From: Octopus vulgaris
Lineage: Eukaryota
Direction of reading: 5' to 3'
NCBI GenBank assembly: GCA_951406725.2
Contig: OX597818.1
Coordinates: forward strand, 132,556,001 to 132,620,000
DNA length: 64,000 nt
Below the pieces are notes generated by a model that ran no database searches, had not been told where the DNA came from, and saw only the letters and a list, made by a program, of their open reading frames with translations. The position numbers and the translations under genes were made by a program. Position 1 is the stretch's first letter; every line of letters starts with the position of its first letter. This document shows positions 28,495 through 41,549 of this stretch, piece after piece.

Positions 28495-30075
28495 GAAGGG
28501 AAGCGAGAGGGAGAGAGAGAGAGAGAGGGAGTGAGAGAAAGAGAGAGAGAGGGAGAGAGAGAGAAAGTGAGTGAGCGAGAGAGAGGGAGAGAGAGAGAGT
28601 GAGTGAGTGAGTGAGAGAAGGAGAGAGAGAAAGTGAGTGAATGAGGGAGGGAGAGAGAGAGAGAAAGTGAGTGAGTGAGAGAAGGAGAGAGAGAGAGAAA
28701 GTGAGTGAGCGAGAGAGAGAGAGAGAGAGAAAATATAATGAAGTTTAGGCATATGAGAAAGATATGTAATGAAGGGAAATGAAGAGACAAGGGTAAAGAA
28801 AATGAAAGAAAATGAAAGGAAGAAAGGAAGGGGAAAGAAAAAAGATGAGAAAAATGAAGAAGTAAAAGAGAGGAATAAGAAAAAGACAAAGAGACGGAAA
28901 GAGAAAGAAGGAAGAGAAACTGAAACGGCAAAAGAGAGAAATAAGAAGAAACCAGAGAGAGACGGAAAGAGAAACAAGGCTAAAAGAATAATTTATGGAA
29001 GAAAGTGAAATCTAATGAGGCAGACAAGAGAAAGAGAGAGTGTTAAAAAGAGAGAGATTAGGAGAGAGGGAGAGAGAGAGTGAGTGAGTGAGAGAGGGAG
29101 AGAGGGAAAGTGAGTGAGTGAGAGAGGGAGATAGTGAGTGAGTGAGAGAGGGAGAGAGAGAGAGAAAGTGAGTGAGCGAGAGAGAGGGAGAGAGAGAGAG
29201 GGAGATAGTGAGTGAGTGAGCGAGAGAGGGAGTGAGATAGAAAGTGAGTGAGCGAGAGAGGGAGAGAGAGAGAGAAAGTGAGCGAGAGAGGGAGGGAGAG
29301 AGAGAGAGAAAGTGAGTGAGAGAGAGAGAGGAGAGAGAGAGAAAGTGAGTGAGTGAGAGAAGGAGAGAGAAAGAAAGTGAGTGAGTGACAGAGGGAGAGA
29401 GAGAGAAAGTGAGTGAGTGAGAGAGGGAGAGAGAGAGAGAGGGAGATAGTGAGTGAGTGAGCGAGAGAGGGAGTGAGATAGAAAGTGAGTGAGCGAGAGA
29501 GGGAGAGAGAGAGAGAAAGTGAGTGAGCGAGAGAGAGGAGAGAGAGAGAGGGAGATAGTGAGTGAGTGAGAGAGAGAGGGAGTGAGATAGAAAGTGAGTG
29601 AGCGAGAGAGGGAGAGAGAGAGAGAGTGAGCGAGAGAGGGAGGGAGAGAGAGAGAGAAAGTGAGTGAGCGAGAGAGGGAGAGAGAGAGAAAGTGAGGGAG
29701 TGAGAGAAGGAGAGAGAAAGAAAGTGAGTGAGTGAAAGAGGGAGAGAGAGAGAAAGTGAGTGAGTGAGAGAGGGAGAGAGAGAGAAAGTGAGTGAGTGAG
29801 GGAGGGAGAGAGAGTGAAAGAGGGAGAGAGAGAGAGAGAAGGTAAGTGAGTGAGAGAGGGAGAGAGAGAGAAAGTGAGTGTGAGAGAGGGAGAGAGAGAG
29901 AAAGTGAGTGAGCGAGAGGGGGAGAGAGAGAAAGTGAGTGAGCGAGAGGGGGAGAGAGAGAGAAAGTGAGTGAGTGAGATAGGGAGAGAGAGAAAGTGAG
30001 TGAGCGAGAGAGGGAGAGAGAGAGAGATAGTGAGGGAGGGAGAGAGAGAGAAAGTGAGTGAGGGAGAGAGAGGGA
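28495..30075. repeat. (GA)n/(GAGT)n compound purine-rich satellite
   Basis: Direct reading; recurrent GAGAGAAAGTGAGTGAG units. Confidence 0.9.
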
Positions 30076-31240
30076 GAAGACAGTGGGCGGTAGAGAAAGA
30101 TCAGAACTGGTTGAAAGTAAGCATGATAGGAGAGGCGGGGTTGGGGGACAGAGCACGGAGAAATATCAATTAAAAAAAGGGGAAGAAATCAAGAAGAAAA
30201 ATGAAAAGAAAGCTGAAATTTTTCTTAAAACATGTAAAATAATTCTGAATTTTTTGAAGTTATCTCCCTTTTTCTTTCTGAGCCGCTTACAGTGTTACCG
30301 CTAGGTTTTTGTCTTCTTTCTCCGACTAAGAAATAATCTTGACTTAATTGAAAATATTTTGCGTCGGTCGTTCAATGCATGATTTTTTTTAAACATGTCT
30401 CAATTCGTACGATTCGTCCTCCCGAGGATTTTTCTCTAACATTTATTTCAATTTTTTAATGTATGCAAATTACTAGAGCTAAAACTACTTTTCGTGTCCG
30501 AAAGGTTGAAAGACAAAGTTGACCTTGGCGGAATTCGAACTCAAGGTAAAAAGGGCCGGAAAAATTATCTGCAAAGCATTTTTCGAACACTCGAGTGATT
30601 CTGCTAGCTCACTGCCGATTGCCATTTTTCCCACCTTCACCGAACTTTCAATAAAGTCAACCAGGACAATACCTCTCTCTTCGCCATCAAATTCCTTTTA
30701 AAGTGAAACTTGATAAAGCTGATGAGGCGGGTCTCCGAAAAGGAAAGACTCTGTCGCCACACTGCTTCTTTCGCTATAGGCCACCAAACAGAAGGAAATT
30801 GTTTTCTCTGACTGCTTAAGGCAAGAGGGTGAGGTTGTCATCATCATGAACTCAGCCGACAGCCAGATCCAGCTGTTCAGCAAATTTTAATAAATCAGTA
30901 ATTCTCGGACTCGGAACGCAAGCATGTAGAACGATTTCGACGCTCTACTCACACCTCGGACAAACCTGTCGGAGGTTGTGAATCAATCTGTTCGTGATCG
31001 CGCACGTTCTTGCTTCCTTGACCAGACTACCGACAACAAGGACAACACTTTTCGGTAACATCGTGGTCAAAATCTTAAAATCTGTGTTTGGCAGGGTTAT
31101 GAACAGAATATTGCCTATCATGTTCCCTTTCTCAGCAGTGTTACAACTAGCCGGCTCACAAAGCTAGCAATTGTCTCGTTTTACTAGTTGTGACAGACGT
31201 TTGCCAAGAGGCTACCATACAAATCTAGTTCAAACTCGTA

Positions 31241-31473
31241 GGCGCTGAGCTGGCAGACATGTTAGCGCACGCCGGGCGAAATGCGTAGCCGTATTTCGTC
31301 TGCCGTTACGCTCTGAGTTCAAATTCCGCCGAGGTCGACTTTGCCTTTCATCCTTTCGGGGTCGATTAAATAAGTACCAGTAACGCACTGGGGTCGATGT
31401 AATCGACTTAATACCTATGTCTGTCCTTGTTTGTCCCCTCTGTGTTTAACCCCTTGTGGGTAGTAAAAAAATA
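31241..31473 (+). mobile_element. SINE family C monomer
   Basis: 25-bp TSD CATACAAATCTA/GGTTCAAACTCGTA. Confidence 0.9.
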
Positions 31474-31719
31474 CATACAAATCTGGTTCAAACTCGTAAA
31501 ATTTGTAGTCAGACCATTCTGACTATCCTTATCTACTGACCAAGTGATTCCCAGACTTTTCCGGGCTGCTGCCCCCTTGGTACTCGGGCCACATTTCTAG
31601 CATCCTCCCCCACCCCAGCTACTCACCATCAGAAACATAGACCGCTTTCTGCAGCAAATTCAAAACAACATTATTTCACAAATAAAGAATTATTAACCCA
31701 TTATTTTGCTATTGTTACT

Positions 31720-32012
31720 GGCGCATGGCTTAGTGGTTAGGGCATTCGGCTCACGATTGTAAGGTCGTGAGTTCAATTCCCGGCGACGCGTTGTGTCCTT
31801 GAGCAAGACACTTTATTTCACATTGCTCCAGTCCACTCAGCTAGCAAAAATGAGTAGTACTTGTATTTGAAAGGGCCAGCTTTGTCAAATTTTGTATCAA
31901 GTCGAATCTCCCAGAGAACTACGTGAAGGGTGCACGTGTCAGTGGAGTACTCAGCCACTTGTACTTTGATTTCACAAGTAAGCTGTTCTGTTGATCGGAT
32001 CAACCGGAATCC
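31720..32012 (+). mobile_element. older tRNA-SINE: distinct head, CORE-like GTGTCCTTGAGCAAGACAC domain, family A-type tail
   Basis: A box TGGCTTAGTGG, B box GAGTTCAATTCC; 3' half aligns with family A 3' half. Confidence 0.8.
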
Positions 32013-32351
32013 TGTGTGCCAGTTACATCCATCGCCCCCTTTTGGTCACGCCATTATTGCTTCCACTTTTCTTCAGCGCTCCCCTACTCCGAATATTTCT
32101 GTCTCCCCACAAACCCCAGAGGGGCTGTATCGCCCACTTTGAGAACCGATACACTAATTTAACGAGGCTGACCCGTTGTGGTTGCCCCATATCTACATTG
32201 AAACATCAGGTAAATCCAATCGGTACCTCTTTGACTGTTGAAATCTTCTGAGTGTGTTTCCGAGGCTTTTGCACCCACTTTTTTCCTCTGCGCAAGCCCC
32301 ATGCAGTCCTTCTTTGCATCTAGAATGCTGTTCAAGTGCTTTGTTACTAGT

Positions 32352-32740
32352 GGAATGGAAGCACTCCGTCGGTTACGTCGACGAGGGTTCCGGTTGATCC
32401 GAATCAACGGAACAGCCTGCTCGTGAAATTAACGTGTAAGTGGCTGAGCACTCCACAGACACGTGTACCCTTAACGCAGTTCTCGGGGATATTCAGCGTG
32501 ACACAGAGAGTGACAAGGTCGGCCCTTTGAAATACAGGTACAACAGAAACAGGAAGTAAGAGTGAGAGAAAGTTGTGGTGAAAGAGTACAGCAGGGATCA
32601 CCACCATCCCCTGCTGGAGCCTCGTGGAGCTTTAGGTGTTTTCGCTCAATAAACACTCACAACGCCCGGTCTGGGAATCGAAACCGCGATCCTATGACCG
32701 CGAGTCCGCTGCCCTAACCACTGGGCCATTGCGCCTCCTA
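32352..32740 (-). mobile_element. SINE family A, full length
   Basis: TSD TGTTACTAGT. Confidence 0.95.
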
Positions 32741-33062
32741 TGTTACTAGTAGTGATCTGGACGTTCCCAGGAATGGTTCTACACGTCTAAAGAAATTTGG
32801 CCTTCCAGCCCTTGGAGTACAAACGGTCACAAGCCAAAGGCACCATCTTCGCTGATACTCATGTCCAGGACCACTAACTTGCAGTATCGGGCCAAGAAGA
32901 TTATTCGTACCTTGAGAGCAATAATAATCCTTTCTAGTATAGGCATAAGGCCTGAAATTTGGGGGATGATGTAGTGGATTACATCGACCCCCAATACTCA
33001 ATTGGTACTTAATTTATCGACCCCGAAAAGATGAAAGGCAAAGTCGACCTCGAAAGCTAAAA

Positions 33063-33300
<238 letters not shown>

Positions 33301-33677
33301 TCCTTTCTATTGTAGGCACAAGGCCTGAAATTTGGTGGGAGGGACTGGTCGATTTCATCGACCCCTAGTACTTGACTGGTATTTATTGTATCGATTCCGA
33401 AAGGATAGAAGGCAAGTCTACCTCGGTGGAATTTAAACTCAGAACATAAAGAGACACGAAATGCCGCTAAGCATTTTGTCGAGCATGCTAACAATCCTGC
33501 CAGCTGGTCGCCTCAGCAACAACAACATCAACAATGATTATAATAATCATAAAGGCAAAATTTAGAGGACTAATAGATCACCACCCACTGTCTCTTTTCC
33601 ACTTATGTTCAGCAATGGTAAATGATAAAATGATAAAAATGTAGCCCCACCTCATGTCATCCAACCTCATGTCATTC

Positions 33678-33896
33678 TCTCTTTTCTCTTTTACTTGTTT
33701 CAGTCATTTGACTGCAGCCATGCTGGAGCACCGCCTTTAATCGAGCAACTCGACCCCGGGACTTATTCTTTTGTAAGCCCAGTACTTATCCTATAGGTCT
33801 CTTTTGCCGAACCGCTAAGTAACGGGGACATAAACACACCGGCGTCGGTTGTCAAGCAATGCTAGGGGGACAAACACAGACTCACAAGCACACACA

Positions 33897-33931
<35 letters not shown>

Positions 33932-34067
33932 GACGGGCTTCTTTCAGTTTCCGTCTACCAAATCCACTCACAAGGTGTTGGTCGGCCGGAGGCTATAGTA
34001 GAAGACACTTGCCCAAGGTGCCATGCAGTGGGACTGAACCCGGAACCATGTGGCTGGTAAACAAGCT
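33678..34067 (-). mobile_element. SINE family D, head slightly truncated
   Basis: Matches 11463-11845. Confidence 0.9.
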
Positions 34068-34903
34068 CTATCATTTTTACTTCACTTGATCCCACTACAA
34101 AATTTACACAAAGCATATAGATGAATATTTGTGAAATTAATTCTTAATTTCATGCAATTATCTCCCTTCTTCTTTGAGACTCACTAACACTTGCTTGAAA
34201 GACGATTTCTTTCTCCAACTAAGAGTCTCATTTCAATTGTTTGATGAAAAAAAAAAATTAAAATTATGAACGTCATTTAGTTCATCGCCTCTTTATCTAA
34301 ATTCATGCTTTTAGCCGTGACTTATTTCCCTTAGCTCATTACGTTTATTTTAATTATGCAGGGACATGCAAACTAGTAGAAGGCAGTGAAGCATGGAGAA
34401 TATTAGTAGTGGGAGAAAGAGGAGTGAAAGGAAATGGATTGGAGTGAAAAGAACTAAATAGAATTTTGATGAAAACAAAGAGATGTCCCAAGTCGAAGAC
34501 ACTGGCGAAGTGCATAAGGCATATTGACTTCCTCTTCATTGATCGCATGTTCAAATCAACTGCAGGCATGTACTTGCCCCTCCCCACTTTTTTTTGTCAG
34601 AACATTGTATTGTACATAAGTGCAGGTTGTTGTTTTTATTGTTATATATCGCCTCAGCAAATGGAGGATACTTTGAAGGTGATAAAAGTGTAAACATGTA
34701 AATCTAAGTGAATAATATAATATTGCAAAATTCTGGTTTCTTTTTAGTACAGCCTCGTATATAAATGCCCAAAAGTCATAATTCTGCCTTAACCATCTGT
34801 TTTTACTTTCGATATAACGCCCCTCTTAGACATAATATTTCAAAATTTATTTTCTTTTATTAAACAGAGGAGAGTGGTTGGTGGGCAGGAGATATAGGTA
34901 GAT

Positions 34904-35316
34904 CAAAGCGGCGAGCTGGCAGAAACGTTAGCACGCCGGGCTAAATGCTTAGCGGTATTTCGTTTGCCGCTACGTTCTGGGTTCAAATTCCGCCGAGGTC
35001 GACTTTCCCTTTCATCCTTTCGGGGTCGATAAATTAAGTACCAGTTACGCACTGGGGTCGATATAATCGACCTGATCCGTTTATCTGTCCTTGTTTGTCC
35101 TCTCTGTTTTTAGCCCCTTGTGGGTAGTAAAGAAATAGGTATTTTGTCTGCCGCTACGTTCTGGGTTCAAATTCCGTCGAGGTCGACTTTGCCTTTCATC
35201 CTTTCGGGGTCGATAAATTACGTACCAGTTATGCACTGGGTCGATGTAATCGACTTAATCCCTTTCTCCTTGTATGTCCCCTCTACGTTTAGCCCCTTGT
35301 GGGCAATAAAGAAATA
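34904..35316 (+). mobile_element. SINE family C dimer
   Basis: Head plus two units inside one TSD AGGAGATATAGGT/CAGAT. Confidence 0.9.
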
Positions 35317-35616
35317 AGGAGATATAGGCAGATGGAACCTCCATACTGAAGCTGCTTCGTTTGTTGTTTAGCCCCAGAGTGAAACAAGATCAATATGACC
35401 TATGGTCAATGATGTTCGAACTGTAGCAATCCCATCTTTGATCCACAAAGTATATTTAGGACTGCAATGAGTGGTTTCTTTCTAAAGATTTTAGAGAAAT
35501 TTGGCCGTTATTTCTTGTAGCTTGACGAAGATGTAGAAGCTCCCTACATAATTGTTATTTTTTGTTAAGCTCCAGGTCACTCCTAATCATGCAGACACAC
35601 GATCAAAAGTATTCTT

Positions 35617-36223
35617 ATTTCATATTTCTTTATTGCCCACAAGGGGTTAAACATAGAGGGGACAAATAAGGTCAGACAAATGGATTAAGTCAATTACATC
35701 GACCCCAGTGCGTAACTGGTACTTAATTTATCGACCCCGAAAGGATGAAAGACAAAGTTGACCTCGGCGGAATTTGAACTCAGAACGGAAAGACAGACGA
35801 AATACCTATTTCTTTACTACCCAAAAGGGACTAAACACAGAGAAGACAAACAAAGACAGATAAATGGATTAAGTCGATTACATCGACTCCAGTGCGTAAC
35901 TGGTACTTAATTTATCGACCCCGAAAGGATGAAAGGCAAAGTCGACCTCGGCGGAATTTGAACTCAGAACGGAAAGACAGACGAAATACCTATTTCTTTA
36001 CTACCCACAAGGGACTAAACACAGAGAAGACAAACAAGGACAGACAAACGGGTTAAGTCGATTACATCGACTCCAGTGCGTAACTGGTACTTAATTTATC
36101 GACCCCGAAAGGATGAAAGGCAAAGTCGACCTCGGTGGTATTTGAACTCAGAACGTAACGGCAGACGAAATACGGCTACGCATTTCGCCCGGCGTGCTAA
36201 CGTTTCTGCCAGCTCGCCGCCTT
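35617..36223 (-). mobile_element. SINE family C trimer
   Basis: Head plus three units inside one TSD ATCAAAAGTATTCTT. Confidence 0.92.
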
Positions 36224-36318
36224 ATCAAAAGTATTCTTGCTATGGCCATCTTGTCTATTTTTCTCAAACGTAAAATGTCTAGTACTGCATTATCCAATGA
36301 GTCCTACATAAAAAAAAA

Positions 36319-36712
36319 GGAGGCGCAATGGCCCAGTGGTTAGGGCAGCGGACTCGCGGTCGTAGGATCGCGGTTTCGATTCCCAGACCGGGCGTTGTGA
36401 GTGTTTATTGAGCGAAAACACCTAAAAGCTCCACGAGGCTCCGGCAGGGGATGGTGGTGATCCCTGCTGTACTCTTTCACCACAACTTTCTTTCTCTCAC
36501 TCTTACTTCCTGTTTCTGTTGTACCTGTATTTCAAAGGGCCGGCCTTGTCACTCTCTGTGTCACGCTGAATATCCCCGAGAACTACGTTAAGGGTACACG
36601 TGTCTGTGGAGTGCTCAGCCACTTACACGTTAATTTCACGAGCAGGCTGTTCCGTTGATTTGATCGGATCAACCGGAACCCTCATCGTCGTTACCGACGG
36701 AGTGCTCCCCCC
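36319..36712 (+). mobile_element. SINE family A, full length
   Basis: TSD ACATAAAAAA. Confidence 0.93.
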
Positions 36713-37095
36713 ACATAAAAAAGAAAATATATTTAGGCTTTTTCTCTGCTGTTGCTGTTATTAATTTTGCTAATTTTATTATTTCTATTGTGTTTTATGT
36801 TGTGGCTCGAGATGTATTAAATCATCTCAGGATTCTAATTGCGGCGAGCAATGGTCTTCTAACCATAGAACAATTTATCTCTCATCTGGTTTACACTACG
36901 GCATAAGAGGCTCAGCGGAGATTAAGTAATGTTATCCCTACATTTTTTTCCCCTTAATTTTGGAAAGTGTGCACCAAATGTTCATTTTTTTCTGCGAGAA
37001 AGACAAAAAGTGGGGGAGTATGACAGAAGAAAGAAACGAGTAATGGTGTGACAGAAAGTGTGTGTGTGTGAGTGTGTATGTGTGTGTCTGTGTGT

Positions 37096-37150
<55 letters not shown>

Positions 37151-37715
37151 TGAGAGAGAGAGAGAGAGAGAGAGAGAATAACTTATAGTTGAATGAGAAA
37201 GAGGGGAAGAGAAGGGATGAGATGAGGGGAGGGAGAGACAGAGGTAAGGAGAGAGAAAGAAAGAGAAGGAGAAAAAGAAAGAGAGGGAGAGAGAGAGAGA
37301 GAGAGAATAACTTATAGTTGAAAGAGAAAGAGGGGAAGAGAAGGGAAGAGATGAGGGGAGGGAGAGACAGAGGTAAGGAGAGAGAAAGAAAGAGAAGGAG
37401 AAAAAGAAAGAGAGGGAGAGAGAGAGGAGAGAGAGAGAGAGATCATAAATGGGTACAACAAGATGAAAAATGTAGAATTGTGTGACAGAAAAAGAAAATC
37501 TGAAATAGAGAGTGGTAAAAGGGTGAGAGGAAGAGAGAAGGTATATGAGGATTTGAAAGAAAGGGACAGTGAGACAGAGAAAGAGAGAAAGAAAAAAAGA
37601 CAGCGGCAGAGCGAAATTTATGGTATAATGTAAAAAAAATTAATTATAGATAAACAGTGAAGGAGTGAGACAGACAAAGAGACAAGCAGACAGATAGACG
37701 GACATACAGAAATAG

Positions 37716-37840
<125 letters not shown>

Positions 37841-37971
37841 TAAAGAGAGAGACAGACAGACAGACAGAGAAATGGGGAAAGATAGATAGATAGATAGATA
37901 GTGAGAGAGACAGACAGTCAGACAGATAAATAGACACTCAGACAAAGAGTTAGAGAGGGATAGATAGATAA

Positions 37972-38035
<64 letters not shown>

Positions 38036-38083
38036 TAAGAGAGAGACAAATAGACTGACAGTCAGACAGACAGAAAAGTTAGG

Positions 38084-38133
<50 letters not shown>

Positions 38134-38547
38134 CCTAAAGCAAAAATTCTTGAACTATTGCATACTTTTGTTGAAGACATTAATAACTTGTAGGTACGTG
38201 ATATTTCATTATGTAACCATAACATACTATGAATTATACTGAATGTTTTTATAAGTCAAAACCACATTCTGCTGTGTTAGAAGTGTTTATTACATTATTT
38301 TGTTATGGTTATTTCTACAGAAATTTTAACCAGCAATGGTTTTTTTGGTACAATGTTTCGTATCGAGACGTCAAATGTAAACAAACAATGAGATTGAAGA
38401 CAAAAATGGGCAATGAGTATATATGCCATGTTTCGGTTGTTTTTTCCTTCATCAGCACCCATCTAACGCACTCTTGCCTCCGCGGTAGAGCAGACTTGCA
38501 TAACACGTATTAAATGTGTTTAAGTGGAAATATGGATGTCTCTATGT

Positions 38548-38696
38548 CAGTCATGAGCAAACTGCGGCCCGCGGGACTCCGTGAATTGCACACCAGGGAA
38601 AAAATTACCTTCAATGCTTATTTAGTAGTGCTGCCCGCTTGGTGATGGACCATGTCACATGTGACCCGCTTCTCGAAAAGGATGCCTGCTTCATGT
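38548..38696. mobile_element. possible hAT-derived MITE remnant
   Basis: GCAAACTGCGGCCCGCGGG resembles Charlie/SPIN-type hAT subterminal motifs; right end degenerate. Confidence 0.35.
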
Positions 38697-38831
38697 TGTT
38701 GTTGTTGCTGCTAGCATGAAAATGTTGATTCCCCGCCACACACACACACGCATCCCTAAAAGCAATGATGAGGATGAAGGAGAAGAGGATGAAAAATTGT
38801 ATAAAATGAAAAACTAAGTAACAGGAGTAAC

Positions 38832-39194
38832 AGGCGCAAGAATGGCTGTGTGGTAAGTAGCTTGCTAACCAACCACATGGTTCCTGGTTCAGTCCCACTG
38901 CGTGGCATCTTGGGCAAGTGTCTTCTGCTATAGCCCCGGGCCGACCAATGCCTTGTGAGTGGATTTGGTAGACGGAAACTGAAAGAAGCCCGTCGTATAT
39001 ATGTATATATATATATAAGTGTGTGTGTATATGTTTGTGTGTCTGTGTTTACGTCCCCGTCACTTAGAGACCGATAGAATAAGTACTGGGCTTACAAAGA
39101 ATAAGTCCCGGTGTCGATTTGCTCGACTAAAGGCGGTGCTCCAGCATGGCCGCAGTCAAATGACTGAAACAAGTAAAAGAGTAAAAGAGTAAAG
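38832..39194 (+). mobile_element. SINE family D with internal deletions
   Basis: Head AGGCGCAAGAATGGCTGTGTGG, tail (AAAAGAGT)n. Confidence 0.88.
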
Positions 39195-39405
39195 AGAGTA
39201 ACAACGAAAAAAAAGAATTGAGAGGGAGGTGATAGATAGAGAGAGAGAATGAGTGAAAACGATTGACAAATAGAGGAAAACACAGAAACAGAGTGTGTGA
39301 GAATGAGTGAGAGTTTGCGTATGAGGGAATAGAGAGAGAAATAGAAAGGAAAAACACAAAGTGTAAGAGGAGAGATTGAAAGATATGAAACCTAACAGAG
39401 AATAT

Positions 39406-39652
39406 CACGTGATCACGTGACCGACCAGACCATCAGATGTTGTTACACATCGCTGGTCACAATGCGTTCGCATTGTTTTTAGCCTTCGAATGACGCCACC
39501 CCGCTGGCTAAGCGAGCAGGCCAACAGAAGAAAGAGTGGGAGCTTTTAGGTGTTTTCGCTCAATAAACACACACAACGCCCGGTCTGGGAATCGAAACCG
39601 CGTTCCTGCGACCGCGAGTCCGCTGCCCTAACCACTAGGCCATTGCGCCTCC
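39406..39652 (-). mobile_element. SINE family B with internal deletion
   Basis: TSD AACAGAGAATAT; tail CACGTGATCACGTGAT. Confidence 0.9.
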
Positions 39653-39910
39653 AACAGAGAATATAAAAGTTAGAAAATAACTGGCAAATGATTTGCATAT
39701 GAGCTGAAATTAAAAAAAAGAATGGAAACGAGAGAGAGAGAGAGAAAGGAAGAAAGCGAGAGAGAAGCAAACAAACAGACGAATAGACATGCAGTGATTT
39801 AGTTGTTAAAATATTCAACAATGCAAGGAATATATACTACTGAGTCTATCGTTGTGTGGTAGTTGAAAAACACGGCACTCAAATATTAGTGAGAGTGAAT
39901 ATGTGTATTA

Positions 39911-40077
39911 ATACACTTTATTTACATTTGACAGATACTTGTCCTCATCTTGTTTGTTGTTAACACAACGTTTCGGCTGATATACCCTCCAGCCTTCATC
40001 AGGTGACTTGGGGAAATTTCGAACCTGGGTTCTCATTCTTAAGGTATTCTTCGATATAATCATTACTATTATTATTA

Positions 40078-40136
<59 letters not shown>

Positions 40137-40252
40137 CATTATTCAGGTCCCTGCCTGGAGTCGAACTCGGAATCTTGGGGTTAGTAGCCCGCGCTCTTAA
40201 CCACTACACCATATGCCCACGGGCATATGGTGTAGTGGTTAAGAGCGCGGGC
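39911..40252 (-). mobile_element. tRNA-headed, hammerhead-containing non-autonomous retroelement with 5' fold-back
   Basis: A box TGGTGTAGTGG and B box GAGTTCGACTC (40145-40218), (AAT)n linker, hammerhead at 39962-40007, perfect 32-bp inverted copy of the head at 40221-40252. Confidence 0.8.
39962..40007 (-). ncRNA. minimal type I hammerhead ribozyme
   Basis: CAC-CUGAUGA-A-GGCUG(gagggUaUaU)CAGCC-GAAA-CG-UU-GUG; complete core, 5-bp stem II. Confidence 0.85.
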
Positions 40253-40499
40253 ACTTTACTCAGAAAAAATATACGAACACCATCCAAAACATATTACATA
40301 AGAAGAACGTTGTGGGAAATAAAGCAGTCAAGTACATAAAATGTAAGATTCTTTTTTTCTGCGGCCTTAATAACCCTAACCCCCACCTAAAAGAATCAAC
40401 TACAAAGCAAGAACCAGATCCTCCCCCACAAAGAAATAATAAATAAATATATAAAGACAATGAAGCCTATGGGGCTGATCTTTTACAACTAGTGAATAA

Positions 40500-41530
40500 T
40501 AGATTCCGTGAGTATACAAACCCCTTCCAGAACTTAGATCTGATATCAAAAAGATTAAAAGTCTTTCATATTTTCCAACGTAACTAATAATCTATACGAA
40601 ATGAATCCTATTAAATATAAGAAAGCACTTAATGATGTCTTTAAAAACTAGAAAAAGAAACCGCTAAACAAACATAGAATGACATTAATTCGGAAGCTAA
40701 ATATATAACCAAGAAAATACGATTAGATAATAGGATTGAATGCCTACCTACGCAAGAAGCTTATATTACATTTAAGGATCACAAAAGTGATTTTAATATT
40801 AACCCCAGATTTAGATTCATAAAACACCCAACCAAGATAAAAGTAGGACTAATCAATAAAACAGATTATATAGAAGATTAATCAAAAAATTAGAAAAAGG
40901 CGGCTAATTTACAATAATGAATTAACCATAAAGCTATCATCGAATTGTTCAAGAATATTAAAGATAAAAGCAATTTTAGATTTACACAATTTGATTTCTG
41001 ATGTGTATCCAACTTAACACTTTACCTCCTTAGTAAAGTATTACATTGCATCGCATAAAAATTGTGACATTCATTAGTTAGACCCAGAGATAATCACCTA
41101 TGCTAGGAAACCGTATTATTTGATAAAGGCTGTTTGAATGAAAAAAGTTGGTTGGCCTCTTTACGCTAGATGGCCTGAAGGGAAAAAATATTGACAGCAT
41201 CCTCAACACTGACCTTTAACGAGATGATGGATTAGCTATATCCACTTAAAACTTAGAAATATCTTGCCACTTTCATATAACTAGGACTCGTGATAAGAAA
41301 CAATACTGAACTAAAATAATTAATTTCTTTTAAAAAAAAACTTCATTTAGATACTACAGTATATTAATTGCCTCTCGCTACCGGTCAATTGCTTTTGAAA
41401 TTCTCACCTCTAATATCAGTACAAGAATCTTTAAACTCTCTTCAAGCAAAAAATCTTTGATAGAACAACACTGAACTTTGGGACCGCTTTAACTAAAAAC
41501 AGTTTCAAAAATAGGTTTAAATACATTCTT
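40500..41530 (+). pseudogene. Penelope-like element reverse transcriptase relic (Naiad-like)
   Basis: RIECLPTQEAYITFKDHKSDFNINPRFRFI, FKNIKDKSNFRFTQFDF, xRDDGLAI at about 41215, ISTRIFKLSS; many stops and frameshifts. Confidence 0.75.
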
Positions 41531-41549
41531 CATTCATCCTCTTTGATAT

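Larger units (their letters stand above)
30640..32920 (-). pseudogene. second decayed Tx1/L1-clade ORF2 (endonuclease at 32010-32920, RT start at 30640-31540), interrupted by three SINEs
   Basis: RPNFFRRVEPFLGTSRSLL..LNSILD (APE-like) and ITLPNTDFKILTTML..LVKEARTCAI (RT), collinear on the minus strand. Confidence 0.7.

Noticed and set aside
40145-40218. Genuine tRNA gene
   Set aside because: Acceptor stem does not pair and no T-run terminator follows; it is a SINE-like head. Same for the heads of families A-D
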